Assembly (NCBI GenBank): GCA_036733285.1 | Contig: DAINAU010000001.1 | Span: 18,954 to 82,953, forward strand | From: a bacterium | GTDB taxonomy: Bacteria; JAGOBX01 | DNA length: 64,000 nucleotides | Direction of reading: 5' to 3' | In this document: in pieces, positions 18,108 to 27,209 of the stretch | Position numbering within the stretch: position 1 is the stretch's first letter | Layout of the letters: each line of letters opens with the position of its first letter | Position numbers and translations under genes: made by a program | Notes under the pieces: generated by a model | What the model was told of the DNA's origin: nothing | Databases searched by the model: none | Seen by the model: only the letters and a program-made list of their open reading frames with translations

Positions 18108-20195
18108 TTATGATTTATACACAAACCTCTTATCAACCGGCAATTCCACCGAAAATTTCACTCCGTTTTTTTCGTTTTTAAAATTAATTTTCCCGTTATG
18201 TTCTTCCATTATTTTTTGAGAGATTGTCAGACCAAGCCCGATTCCAGTGGATTTTGTCGTAAAAAAAGGATTGAAAATCTTGCTCTTTAAAGTCTCGTCG
18301 ATGTTTCCGCCGTTATTGAAAATTTCCACTATGCAAACCGTGTATTCGTTAGCCGTAAGATTATTGTCCTTAATCCTGACGTTTATTTCTATAAACGGAT
18401 CGCTTATTTCTTTCAAAGCGTCAACCGCGTTTAATAAAATATTTAAAAATACCCTGTTCAATTTATCCTCGTCGTAATTAACCAAAATTTTGTGCGCGCA
18501 ATATTTTCTTTCTAACTTAATGTTGTTGTCTTCCATTGATTTTCGAACGTATAACAGAGATTTTTCCAGCGTTTCAATTAAATTTTTGTTCTGTTTTTTT
18601 AATTGTATTTTATTAGTAAAATTCAAAAATTCCGTGACTATCTTATTTAAATCGTTAACTCCCTCGACTATTTTCGAGGCAATCTTGCTTTTTTCGGAAT
18701 CCGCCGAATCTGATAAATCTTTTTCAAGCAGAGACGCAAATCCCTCTATTGAACCGAGCGGATTGCGTATCTCGTGAGCGAGTCCGGCCGCCATTTCTCC
18801 TAACGAAGCGAGTTTGTCCCTGCGGTTCAATTCTTCTTCCATCTCCTTCATTTCAGTTATATCGTTGAATGACGCTATCATTCCTTTAATCAAACCGTAT
18901 TCGGTCTTAAGTTTTACAGTCGTCAATTCTATTTGCTTCACTTCAAGATTTTTTGCCACAAGCTGCGTCCTGTGATAAAACATATATTCTTCATTTTCTA
19001 TTTTTGTCTGTATCTGTTTATCGGGAAAAATATATATGTCCTGTCCGAGAGTTTTATCTAATAATTCGTTTTCATTATCGAATTTTAATAAAAGCAGAGC
19101 TTGCGTGTTTATGAATTTAATCTTTAATTCTTTGTCGAGAATCATAATTCCCAGCGGCAAATTTTTGAAAGTAAAATATAAATAATCTTTTATGCTTTCT
19201 ATTCTTTTATATAACGCCCTGTTTTTAAAAAGCAATTCAAGATATACTTTTACCGTTTTTATCAATTCGACGTCGCTAACGTTAAATGAATTTTTTTCAT
19301 AAAGTTTTGTCAAATAAATTATTAAATAACGTTCGTTTTCTATATGAACGTTTACCTTTAAAATATTCCTGATTTTTTTTAAATCCGCCGTTGATACCGC
19401 TTTATCCTTCGGACCAAACAATTCCGGTTCCTGAGATACTCTTATTATCCCTTTATTCAGCGCCGGAATATCTAAATCCTTTTCGTATTTATCGATTATT
19501 TCTCCCGTCATATTATCGTATACTATTCCGGCTCCGGCGTTGCAATTCATAATCTTAACTATTGAATTTGTCGTTACTTTTAATATTGATACAAGTTCGT
19601 AATCGAGTTTTAAACTATTTTTTATTTCATTTAATGTTACTATTTTTGACATCCTCTCGTATGCTCTTTGTTCCGCTTTCCTGTTTTCTTCGCTTGAAAA
19701 ACCGAGCATTATCGCGATTATCAATAAAGCTATAAATCTCGGCAGATGAGCTTGAACCTGCGGTCCGAATAAAATCACGTTTCTGGTTACCGGGTCAGGA
19801 CTTAAGTTATAAAGAATAAATATGAAAAGCGTGGTGCCGACGCTTCCGCGTATCCCGAAACTCATTGCTCCAGATATAATAGGTATGAAATATAAAAAGA
19901 AAAACGAAATGCTGTTATCGCCGGAATAGGTAACAGTAAAATGAACAAAAAAAACATAAATTTCAAGCAATAAAAGATTCGCTTTCGCGGATGGCAAAAT
20001 CGTTTTTAAAAACGGATCTATTATAAAAAATAAAAGCGCTATGATTAAAAACAAATAAAAATATTGAGTCGATAATCCGGTAAAAAAATTTAAAATTATA
20101 TAGAGAAGTATTACCGTCGCAAAAAGCGATATAAATAAAAATAAACCGCTTACTTCGCGGTTTTTCTTTAATATCCATTCTAAATATTTTTTCAT
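18108..20195 (-). CDS. Polytopic membrane sensor histidine kinase (PAS-HisKA-HATPase_c).
   Basis: Multiple N-terminal TM helices, a PAS-like region, an H-box (HEIRNPLGSIEGF), and N and G boxes (NAVDAL, GIGLGL). Confidence 0.8.
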   Translation of the reverse strand: MKKYLEWILKKNREVSGLFLFISLFATVILLYIILNFFTGLSTQYFYLFLIIALLFFIIDPFLKTILPSAKANLLLLEIYVFFVHFTVTYSGDNSISFFFLYFIPIISGAMSFGIRGSVGTTLFIFILYNLSPDPVTRNVILFGPQVQAHLPRFIALLIIAIMLGFSSEENRKAEQRAYERMSKIVTLNEIKNSLKLDYELVSILKVTTNSIVKIMNCNAGAGIVYDNMTGEIIDKYEKDLDIPALNKGIIRVSQEPELFGPKDKAVSTADLKKIRNILKVNVHIENERYLIIYLTKLYEKNSFNVSDVELIKTVKVYLELLFKNRALYKRIESIKDYLYFTFKNLPLGIMILDKELKIKFINTQALLLLKFDNENELLDKTLGQDIYIFPDKQIQTKIENEEYMFYHRTQLVAKNLEVKQIELTTVKLKTEYGLIKGMIASFNDITEMKEMEEELNRRDKLASLGEMAAGLAHEIRNPLGSIEGFASLLEKDLSDSADSEKSKIASKIVEGVNDLNKIVTEFLNFTNKIQLKKQNKNLIETLEKSLLYVRKSMEDNNIKLERKYCAHKILVNYDEDKLNRVFLNILLNAVDALKEISDPFIEINVRIKDNNLTANEYTVCIVEIFNNGGNIDETLKSKIFNPFFTTKSTGIGLGLTISQKIMEEHNGKINFKNEKNGVKFSVELPVDKRFVYKS

Positions 20196-21127
20196 TTGAA
20201 ATGTTTGTTAATCAAATCGATTTTCTCGCGCATTATATTATAATCGGAATCCTCCGCCGGGGCGTAACCTTCAAGTCCGCCCGCAAGCGAATTCAAAATA
20301 TTAGAGTTTTTCAAATTAATAAATGCGTCAAGCAATTTTTTTTTCAAATCCTTATTGTCTATAATATTTTTCCCTATCGCTATCGGGTCGCCGGGAATAT
20401 CGTCCGTTTCCTGTAATACCACTATATTTTTGACTTTATCGGGCGATAAATATTTTTCTACCGCGCCTTGATAACAAGCTCCTATTTCCGCGCCTTTCGA
20501 TGATATTATTTTCACAACGTTATCGTGTCCCTTTACAAATTTTACGCTTAAATTTTTTTCAATATCCGCCCCTGATTTGATTATGTCCGCAGCCGGAAAT
20601 AAAAAACCCGACGTCGAATATCTGTCCGTAAAAACCGTTTTAATTTTCTCTCTCTTCTTCAAATCCTCCAGTGATTTTATTCCAGAATCTTTATGCGTGA
20701 TTATTATTCCCTTATAAGAAGGTTTCCCGTTTCGTATTGATTTAACCAGCGGAAGCGTGTTGTTTTTTTTATGCGATTCCACGTATGAATAAGCCCCCAT
20801 TGACGCCAAATCATATTCGATTCCGGTTTTATCAACTATATTTTCGTAATTCGACGCAAATTTTAATATCACCGGCATTTCAATCTGAGCGTGAAGATAA
20901 CTGATTAATGGTTTCATTATGTTTTGTAAATCCATTGCGTTGCTCGAAGGAACAACGGCAAAATTAAGTTTCTGAATCCCCGTGTCGCTTTCAATTTGCT
21001 CCGTTGATTTTTTCGATGCGCCTACTGCGTCTGTTACGTTGTTATCGCCAACATTTCCCGAACAACCCCAAAAAAACAACATAGACAAAATTAACATATT
21101 TTTTTTTATATTTGATATGCCGGACAT
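20192..21127 (-). CDS. Lipoprotein of the PhnD/SsuA-like phosphonate/phosphate-binding family (periplasmic substrate-binding domain).
   Basis: Lipobox ...FFWGCSG. The TVFTDRYSTSGFLFP segment resembles the PhnD binding family. The stop overlaps the histidine-kinase start by 4 bp. Confidence 0.55.
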   Translation of the reverse strand: MSGISNIKKNMLILSMLFFWGCSGNVGDNNVTDAVGASKKSTEQIESDTGIQKLNFAVVPSSNAMDLQNIMKPLISYLHAQIEMPVILKFASNYENIVDKTGIEYDLASMGAYSYVESHKKNNTLPLVKSIRNGKPSYKGIIITHKDSGIKSLEDLKKREKIKTVFTDRYSTSGFLFPAADIIKSGADIEKNLSVKFVKGHDNVVKIISSKGAEIGACYQGAVEKYLSPDKVKNIVVLQETDDIPGDPIAIGKNIIDNKDLKKKLLDAFINLKNSNILNSLAGGLEGYAPAEDSDYNIMREKIDLINKHFK

Positions 21128-21455
21128 ATAATCGCCTCCGAATTAATTTTCTTTGATTATCTCAAATTTCAGTTCTTTTGTCAATATAATTTATCCCTTA
21201 GCCGAATTTCAAGCTCGGCCAGAAATTGTTTCAAAAATTTTAATAAACTTTTCTGGCGCCATTTCAGTTATTTATGTGGAAAGGAAATTTTAACATTAAC
21301 TTACAACGCTTTTTTTTAATGTAAAATATATAAAATTCAGATACCGTCGCTGAAAGTTGAATCAAGTTGCAAAGAGCGTCGAATTTCTCATTGCCGTAGA
21401 TAAAATCTATGGAAACAAAATGAAATAACGACGATTCGGAAAACAAACCTGAAAG

Positions 21456-21665
21456 GTTTGAATTTCACATAACCGTAGGTGAACTGCGCGCAGCGCAGGA
21501 AAACCTACGGAACGAAAAACACAAAATCGCTCGACCCTGAATAAGGGTCGAATTTCAAATTGTCTTAAAATTCAACCCCTTCAGGGTTGATAGATTTGGT
21601 TGGTTTTCTTCCCGCAGGTTGAATGCGCTCCGCGCAGGCTACCTGCGGTTATGTAAAATTCAACC
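21456..21665. repeat. Roughly 210-bp GC-rich imperfect palindromic (foldback, MITE-like) element with about 55-bp inverted arms and two internal mirrored hairpins.
   Basis: The left arm is ggtttgaatttcacataaccgtaggtgaactgcgcgcagcgcagg. The right arm reverse complement is ggttgaattttacataaccgcaggtagcctgcgcggagcgca, about 80% identical. Each arm folds on itself (CCGTAGGT...ACCTACGG and CCGCAGGT...ACCTGCGG). The inner hairpins CGACCCtgaataaGGGTCG and TCAACCCcttcAGGGTTGA are inverted copies of each other. Confidence 0.5.
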
Positions 21666-22004
21666 GCTTTCGCGGTTACAGATTATTAAAACTTTTTGTT
21701 TTTAAGCTCTCGGAAATTGTTTCAATAATTTTAATTTATTAGAACAATTTCTGACTGCGTCCCCGCGACTTGTTTTTGTCGTCTGAATTTGATTGACTTC
21801 TTGCCTTAATTAATATAACTTTTTATCAATTAGCTTTTATAAAAAATATATTAACAGTTTAATTTGATTATAATTAATCCCGAATAATTCATTAGAGGCA
21901 GCGAGAAGTTTCTTAAAAATTAAAATGTTATATTGCGATTGAAATTCGCAATTTATATGAAAACTTCAATTGCATTTTTTAGATTAATACAACAGGAAAA
22001 AAAT

Positions 22005-24227
22005 ATGAATACTAACAAACTAAAACCTTATATTAAATTCGACGATGATAAAAAAAATATTTTTTATATCGCGCAAAATAAAAAATACCGGTATGCCGAC
22101 CCTGAAGAACAAATACGAAGCAAGGCGTATCTTGAATTAATCAATTACGGTTACGAGCCGAAACGCATTGATTTTGAAGTCGGTATTCCGCATAGAACTC
22201 CGAATATACTTGCGGATATTGTCGTTTATAACGATGATGATTTGAAAGACCCGCATATTGTCGTTGAATGTAAAAAACCGGAAGTATCCGAAGGCGAATT
22301 CAAGCAGGCGGTTGAACAGGGATTCGGAAACGCAAATTCGCTCAAAGCAAATTATCTTTGGATTACTTCGGGAATCAAAAACGAATATTTTAACGTAAAA
22401 GATTTTCCGTCAATGGAACGCGATGCAAACCGTTTATCGGATATCCCGCGTTTTGGTCAAAAAAAAATCGATAAAGCGCAGTTTTACAAAGGCGGAATAA
22501 ACGATAAAAGCGAACAGCGTAAAGATTTAACGACTTTAAACGAAAACGAATTAACCCGAATTTTTAAGCAGGCGCACGATGCGCTTTGGGCTGGCGGCAA
22601 ACGCAATCCTTCGGAAGCGTTCGACGAATTCGATAAACTTATTTTTTGTAAAATTTGGGATGAAAAAAAATTGCGTAAAAACGGAGAACCCTACGATTTT
22701 CAGGTTTTTAGCGGCGAGAAAAACGAACTGCTTTTGAAACGCATTCAAACAATTTACGACAAAGGCAAGGAAAGGGACCCTGAAGTTTTTAAAGATAATA
22801 TCCGGCTGAATCCATACGAACTTGAAACAGTAGTAAGTTATCTTGCCGGAATAAATTTAAGCGATACCGACCTTGACAGCAAAGGCAGGGCGTTTGAAAC
22901 ATTTATGGGAAGTTTTTTCCGCGGCGATTTTGGCGCTTTTTTTACGCCGCGTCCTATTGTAAAGTTTATTATTGAAAGTTTGCCGGTAACTAACGAAGAT
23001 ATTGTTTTGGATCCGTCCTGCGGCAGCGGCGGCTTTTTGCTATACGCGCTTGATAAAGTCCGGCGCGCCGCTGATAAAATGTCTGATGACGGCTATTTTA
23101 AAAAAGACAGCTCTAAACACTATAATTTTTGGCATAATTTTGCCGAATCAAATTTATTTGGAATTGAAATTTCCGAAAGCATTGCCCGCACCGCTAAAAT
23201 GAATATGATAATTCACGACGACGGACATACAAATGTCGTATCGCACGATGGACTTGACAGTATTTACTGGATGCGCGAAAAAACAAAAAATAAGGGTTTT
23301 GCGAAAAATAAATTTGATTATATTATCACAAATCCGCCTTTTGGTTCGTCGATTCAGTCGTCGGCTAAAGCGTATGTTAAAGAATACGATTTGGGCAAAA
23401 AAAATTATGAATGGATAGAGTTAAAATTAAAAAATAAAAATCCGAATAAAGACGAAGTTCGGGAGAGGCAAAGCTCTGAAGTTTTGTTTATCGAGCAGTG
23501 CTATAATTTTCTTAAACCGGGCGGAATACTCGCAATGGTAATACCCGACGGCATTTTGACAAATTCAAGTTTACAGTATGTCCGCGGCTGGATTGAAGAG
23601 CATTACAGGATTATTGCGGTTGTGTCAATGCCCCAGTCAGCTTTTCAGGCGACTGGCGCGGGCGTTAAAAGCTCGGTTATTTTTCTTGAAAAATATGAAG
23701 AATCCGAGACCGCGGCTATCCAAAAAATAAAAATTGAATTGCAGGATAAACTATTTGAAAACAAAAAATACGGTCCCTCGATTGAAAAAATTGAACGCGA
23801 AAAAAAAGATACGCTGAAAAATAATTTTGCGAAAATTAAAGAAATTAACGAATCGCTTGATAATCATTTAAAAGCCCTTGAAAATCAAGGAAATATTGAT
23901 AAATCTAAAAAATGCGGACTCGAAAAAAATGCAAAAGATAAAATCAAACAAATTGAAAAATCTGAAGAATACGCCGATTGGCGATGCCGCATTACAGACG
24001 AATTCAACGAGCGGATAAACGCTATTAAAGAAAATCTTCAGGAAGAATTTATCGAATCCGTGAAAAAGAAAATTACGGATTATCCTGTGTTTATGGCGAT
24101 TGCGGAAGACATCGGCTATGACGCGGCAGGCAGACCGACAAATAAAAACGAACTCGAAGATATTGCTAAAGAACTTTTAGCTTTTATCGAATCTGTAAAA
24201 AAAGGAACTGATTCTTTTTTCGCATAA
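22005..24227 (+). CDS. Fused restriction endonuclease and N6-adenine DNA methyltransferase (HsdR_N/Mrr-like PD-(D/E)xK domain plus gamma-class MTase plus coiled-coil C-terminal extension). BcgI-A-like Type IIB/IIG R-M subunit.
   Basis: The likely start is the ATG at 22005 (AGGAAA upstream); the ORF-track frame begins at 21933. The N-terminus has ADIVVYNDD...HIVVECKKP (D...E-x-K). The MTase motif I is LDPSCGSGGFLLYA and motif IV is IITNPPFGSS. An approximately 170-aa Lys/Glu-rich helical tail follows. Confidence 0.7.
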   Translation: MNTNKLKPYIKFDDDKKNIFYIAQNKKYRYADPEEQIRSKAYLELINYGYEPKRIDFEVGIPHRTPNILADIVVYNDDDLKDPHIVVECKKPEVSEGEFKQAVEQGFGNANSLKANYLWITSGIKNEYFNVKDFPSMERDANRLSDIPRFGQKKIDKAQFYKGGINDKSEQRKDLTTLNENELTRIFKQAHDALWAGGKRNPSEAFDEFDKLIFCKIWDEKKLRKNGEPYDFQVFSGEKNELLLKRIQTIYDKGKERDPEVFKDNIRLNPYELETVVSYLAGINLSDTDLDSKGRAFETFMGSFFRGDFGAFFTPRPIVKFIIESLPVTNEDIVLDPSCGSGGFLLYALDKVRRAADKMSDDGYFKKDSSKHYNFWHNFAESNLFGIEISESIARTAKMNMIIHDDGHTNVVSHDGLDSIYWMREKTKNKGFAKNKFDYIITNPPFGSSIQSSAKAYVKEYDLGKKNYEWIELKLKNKNPNKDEVRERQSSEVLFIEQCYNFLKPGGILAMVIPDGILTNSSLQYVRGWIEEHYRIIAVVSMPQSAFQATGAGVKSSVIFLEKYEESETAAIQKIKIELQDKLFENKKYGPSIEKIEREKKDTLKNNFAKIKEINESLDNHLKALENQGNIDKSKKCGLEKNAKDKIKQIEKSEEYADWRCRITDEFNERINAIKENLQEEFIESVKKKITDYPVFMAIAEDIGYDAAGRPTNKNELEDIAKELLAFIESVKKGTDSFFA

Positions 24228-24274
24228 GCTCCGGGGCAGATAAAAATAAGATTTTTACCGCGAACCGGAGCGAA

Positions 24275-25654
24275 ATGAAAGATAGGTTTGATCCGCTGTT
24301 TTATTCCGGCTGGCTTCTTGGTTTTTTTAAAAAATTAAAATTTAAGACTGTCAAGTTAAAAGACTTGACATTGTATCTTAAAAATGGATTTGCGGCTGGA
24401 CATAATGATCAGTCTTTTAACGAAAACGATATTATTCAGATAAGACCAACTAACATTAATTCCGACAATATGCTTGTATTTGATAAAAATATTTATATCA
24501 GCCGTAAAACTTTAAATTTAAAAAAATCTGATGTTTTGATTAAAAATGAAATTTTATTTAATAATACAAACAGTCAAGAATTAGTTGGAAAAACTTCTTT
24601 TTTTGATTTTGATAGTATTAATTTTTGTTCAAATCATATTACGAGGATAATGTGCGGCAATAAAATATTGCCCAAATATCTTTGGATAATTTTAAATTTT
24701 TATCAAAAAAATAAAATATTTTTCAATCTATGCACTAACTGGAATAATCAATCCGGCGTTAATATTAATGTCCTTGCGAATCTTCTTATACCTTTACCGG
24801 AAAAAAACACGCAAGAAAAAATCATATCCATATTTGAGAAATCTATTATCAATAAACAATCCAAAGAATCAAAAGCCCAAAAAATGCTCGATGGAATTGA
24901 CGATTATCTTCTTTCTGAATTGGGAATAAAACTTCCTAAAGAAAAACCAAATATTTTAAAAAACCGTATTTTTAAAACAAGCGTTAAAAATATTTCTGGC
25001 GGCAGGTTCGATCCTATTTATAACGATATATATTACTTAAAATTTGAAGAAAGTATCAAACAATCAAAATATAAATTGAAAAAAATTTTTGAATTATGTT
25101 ATGGGAAATCAGGAGTTGTTTATTCGGTCAACGATGAAGCGAAAGATGGAAAAGGAATATTACGCGCAAATAACATTGATTTATCAACTAATGAACTAAA
25201 TTTGTCAGATATAAAATTTATTTCAAACAATATATTTATTAGCTCTGATTTATTATTAAAAAAAAATGATATTTTGATGTGTTCGGCAAGCGGTAGTAAA
25301 GAACATGTTGGAAAGGTAGCTTATATTTGCGAGGATTTGAATCTATATTTTGGCGGATTTATGATGGTTTTACGCGGAAAAACAAGTATGTTGTTATCTA
25401 AATATTTGTTTGAATTTTTACGGAGCCTTTTTTTTAGAAAATATTTATTTCGTCAATTAGGCGGAACAAATATTAATAATTTAAATTTTCATATGATTTC
25501 CAACTTATTCATTCCCCTGCCTCCAATAGATGTTCAAAATAAAATAGCTGAAGCGATAAAAAAAATACGCGAAGAAGCGAAACGCCTGCGATTTGAGGCG
25601 TCGTCGGAATTAGAAAATGCAAAAAAAGAAATAGAGCGAATGCTTTTAAAATAG
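24275..25654 (+). CDS. hsdS: Restriction-modification specificity (S) subunit with two target-recognition domains.
   Basis: The 459-aa product has an N-terminal RFDPLFY motif, two TRD-like halves separated by a conserved central helix, and a C-terminal conserved helix (IAEAIKKIREEAKRL). Confidence 0.8.
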   Translation: MKDRFDPLFYSGWLLGFFKKLKFKTVKLKDLTLYLKNGFAAGHNDQSFNENDIIQIRPTNINSDNMLVFDKNIYISRKTLNLKKSDVLIKNEILFNNTNSQELVGKTSFFDFDSINFCSNHITRIMCGNKILPKYLWIILNFYQKNKIFFNLCTNWNNQSGVNINVLANLLIPLPEKNTQEKIISIFEKSIINKQSKESKAQKMLDGIDDYLLSELGIKLPKEKPNILKNRIFKTSVKNISGGRFDPIYNDIYYLKFEESIKQSKYKLKKIFELCYGKSGVVYSVNDEAKDGKGILRANNIDLSTNELNLSDIKFISNNIFISSDLLLKKNDILMCSASGSKEHVGKVAYICEDLNLYFGGFMMVLRGKTSMLLSKYLFEFLRSLFFRKYLFRQLGGTNINNLNFHMISNLFIPLPPIDVQNKIAEAIKKIREEAKRLRFEASSELENAKKEIERMLLK

Positions 25655-25696
25655 ACCGCAGATTATGCGGATTTCACAATACGCAGATTTATAAAA

Positions 25697-27151
25697 ATGA
25701 AAAAAAAATCAAAAGCTATTATGTTTGTAGGAACGGGGTCGGATACCGGGAAAAGCATTATAACCGCCGCATTCTGCAGAATTTTAAAAAGACGCGGATT
25801 GAAAGTGGCGCCGTTCAAAGCGCAAAATATGGCGTTAAATTCGTATGTCTGCGATGGCGGCTATGAGATTGGCAGAGCTCAGGCTTATCAGGCGTTCGCA
25901 GCCGGAATTAAACCCGACTCGCGGATGAATCCGGTCTTATTAAAACCTTCAAGCGACTCTATGTCGCAGGTCATAATTAATGGCAAACCCCTTGATAACT
26001 TTACCGCTTCAAATTATTATAAACGCAGAAAAATTTTTAGAAACGCAAGCCGCGCAGCTTTTGATTCTTTGAGCGACGAATATGATTTTATTGTTATCGA
26101 GGGAGCCGGCAGTCCCGCCGAAATTAATTTGATGAAATACGATATTGTGAATATGTCAATGGCGGAATATGCCCAAGCTGACACTTATTTAATCGGCGAT
26201 ATTGATAAAGGCGGAGTATTTGCATCTTTGAAAGGAACAATTGATTTGCTTCCTGAAAAACACAAAAAATTGTTGAAAGGAATTATAATAAACAAATTCC
26301 GCGGAGATATGAATTTACTTATTCCGGCGTTTAAAATGTTCAGAAAATATTCTAAAATCCCTATAACCGGAGTTCTGCCTTATATTCATAACTTGACGGT
26401 TGACGAAGAGGATTCTCTGATGCGGGCAAACATCTCCGTAAATTCAGAAATTAATTCCGAAAACAAAATATGCGTCGGAATACTCGCATTGCCTCATACG
26501 TCGAATTTCACGGATTTCGACCCGTTTATTTATGAATCTGACGTTTTATTGAAATATATTTATAATCCTGAACATATTCAAGATTTTGATTGCGTTATCA
26601 TACCCGGCAGCAAATCGGTGGCTGCGGATTATCTTTTTTTGAAAGAAAGAAATTCTATTAAAACGCTCAGAAAATTTGCGGAAAATAAAAAAAAATTTCT
26701 ATTTGGCGTTTGCGGCGGTCTGCAAATGCTCGGTTCTAACATTACGGATTCCGACAATATCGAAGGTTCAATCAAAAAAACAAGGTTGTTAAATTTTTTT
26801 AATTTTAACACCGAACTGAAAAAAAATAAAATTTTAAGACAGGTTGATGATGCGATTAATTTCTGTAACCGTAAATTTAAAATTACCGGTTATGAGATTC
26901 ACAACGGGGTTAGCGATATAACGCAGGCGGATAAAAATTTTATGATGCGCGATAATATTGCGGCTTCGTATATTCACGGTTTATTTGACAACGATTCATT
27001 CAGACGCGCTTTTTTAAATCATCTTCGTTCAATTAAAGGATTAAAACCGGTCTGCAAAATAACAAATATAACTAAAATCAAAGAAAAAAACATTGATTGC
27101 CTTGCCCATATTGTTGAAACTAATCTTTCCTCGTTATCCCGAAAACTCTAA
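25697..27151 (+). CDS. cobQ: Cobyric acid synthase-like protein (CobQ/CbiP: ATPase domain plus class-I glutamine amidotransferase domain).
   Basis: GTGSDTGKS P-loop variant, MNP motif, and GATase catalytic FGVCGGLQMLG. The 484-aa length is typical of CobQ. I see no other cob/cbi genes in the window. Confidence 0.75.
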   Translation: MKKKSKAIMFVGTGSDTGKSIITAAFCRILKRRGLKVAPFKAQNMALNSYVCDGGYEIGRAQAYQAFAAGIKPDSRMNPVLLKPSSDSMSQVIINGKPLDNFTASNYYKRRKIFRNASRAAFDSLSDEYDFIVIEGAGSPAEINLMKYDIVNMSMAEYAQADTYLIGDIDKGGVFASLKGTIDLLPEKHKKLLKGIIINKFRGDMNLLIPAFKMFRKYSKIPITGVLPYIHNLTVDEEDSLMRANISVNSEINSENKICVGILALPHTSNFTDFDPFIYESDVLLKYIYNPEHIQDFDCVIIPGSKSVAADYLFLKERNSIKTLRKFAENKKKFLFGVCGGLQMLGSNITDSDNIEGSIKKTRLLNFFNFNTELKKNKILRQVDDAINFCNRKFKITGYEIHNGVSDITQADKNFMMRDNIAASYIHGLFDNDSFRRAFLNHLRSIKGLKPVCKITNITKIKEKNIDCLAHIVETNLSSLSRKL

Positions 27152-27209
27152 CTTTTTTGAAAATCTAAGCCGAATTTGACAAGATACCAAAAAAAACGCA
27201 AAGCTTTTT

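Noticed and set aside
21264-21446. A 60-aa ORF in the large intergenic region.
   Set aside because: It has no RBS and sits within the repeat/hairpin-rich noncoding DNA. It is most likely spurious.
21130-21930. A CRISPR array as the explanation for the repeated hairpins.
   Set aside because: The repeats are imperfect, inverted relative to each other, and irregularly spaced. There are no uniform direct repeats with unique spacers, and no cas genes are present.
22005-25654. Calling this a classical Type I hsdRMS system.
   Set aside because: No helicase/translocase HsdR gene is present. The nuclease domain is fused to the MTase, which fits a Type IIB/BcgI-like architecture.
25697-27151. Reinterpreting the CobQ-like gene as a novel defence ATPase.
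   Set aside because: It retains all canonical CobQ motifs and the canonical length. The adjacency to hsdS alone is insufficient, so I noted it only as a low-interest observation.
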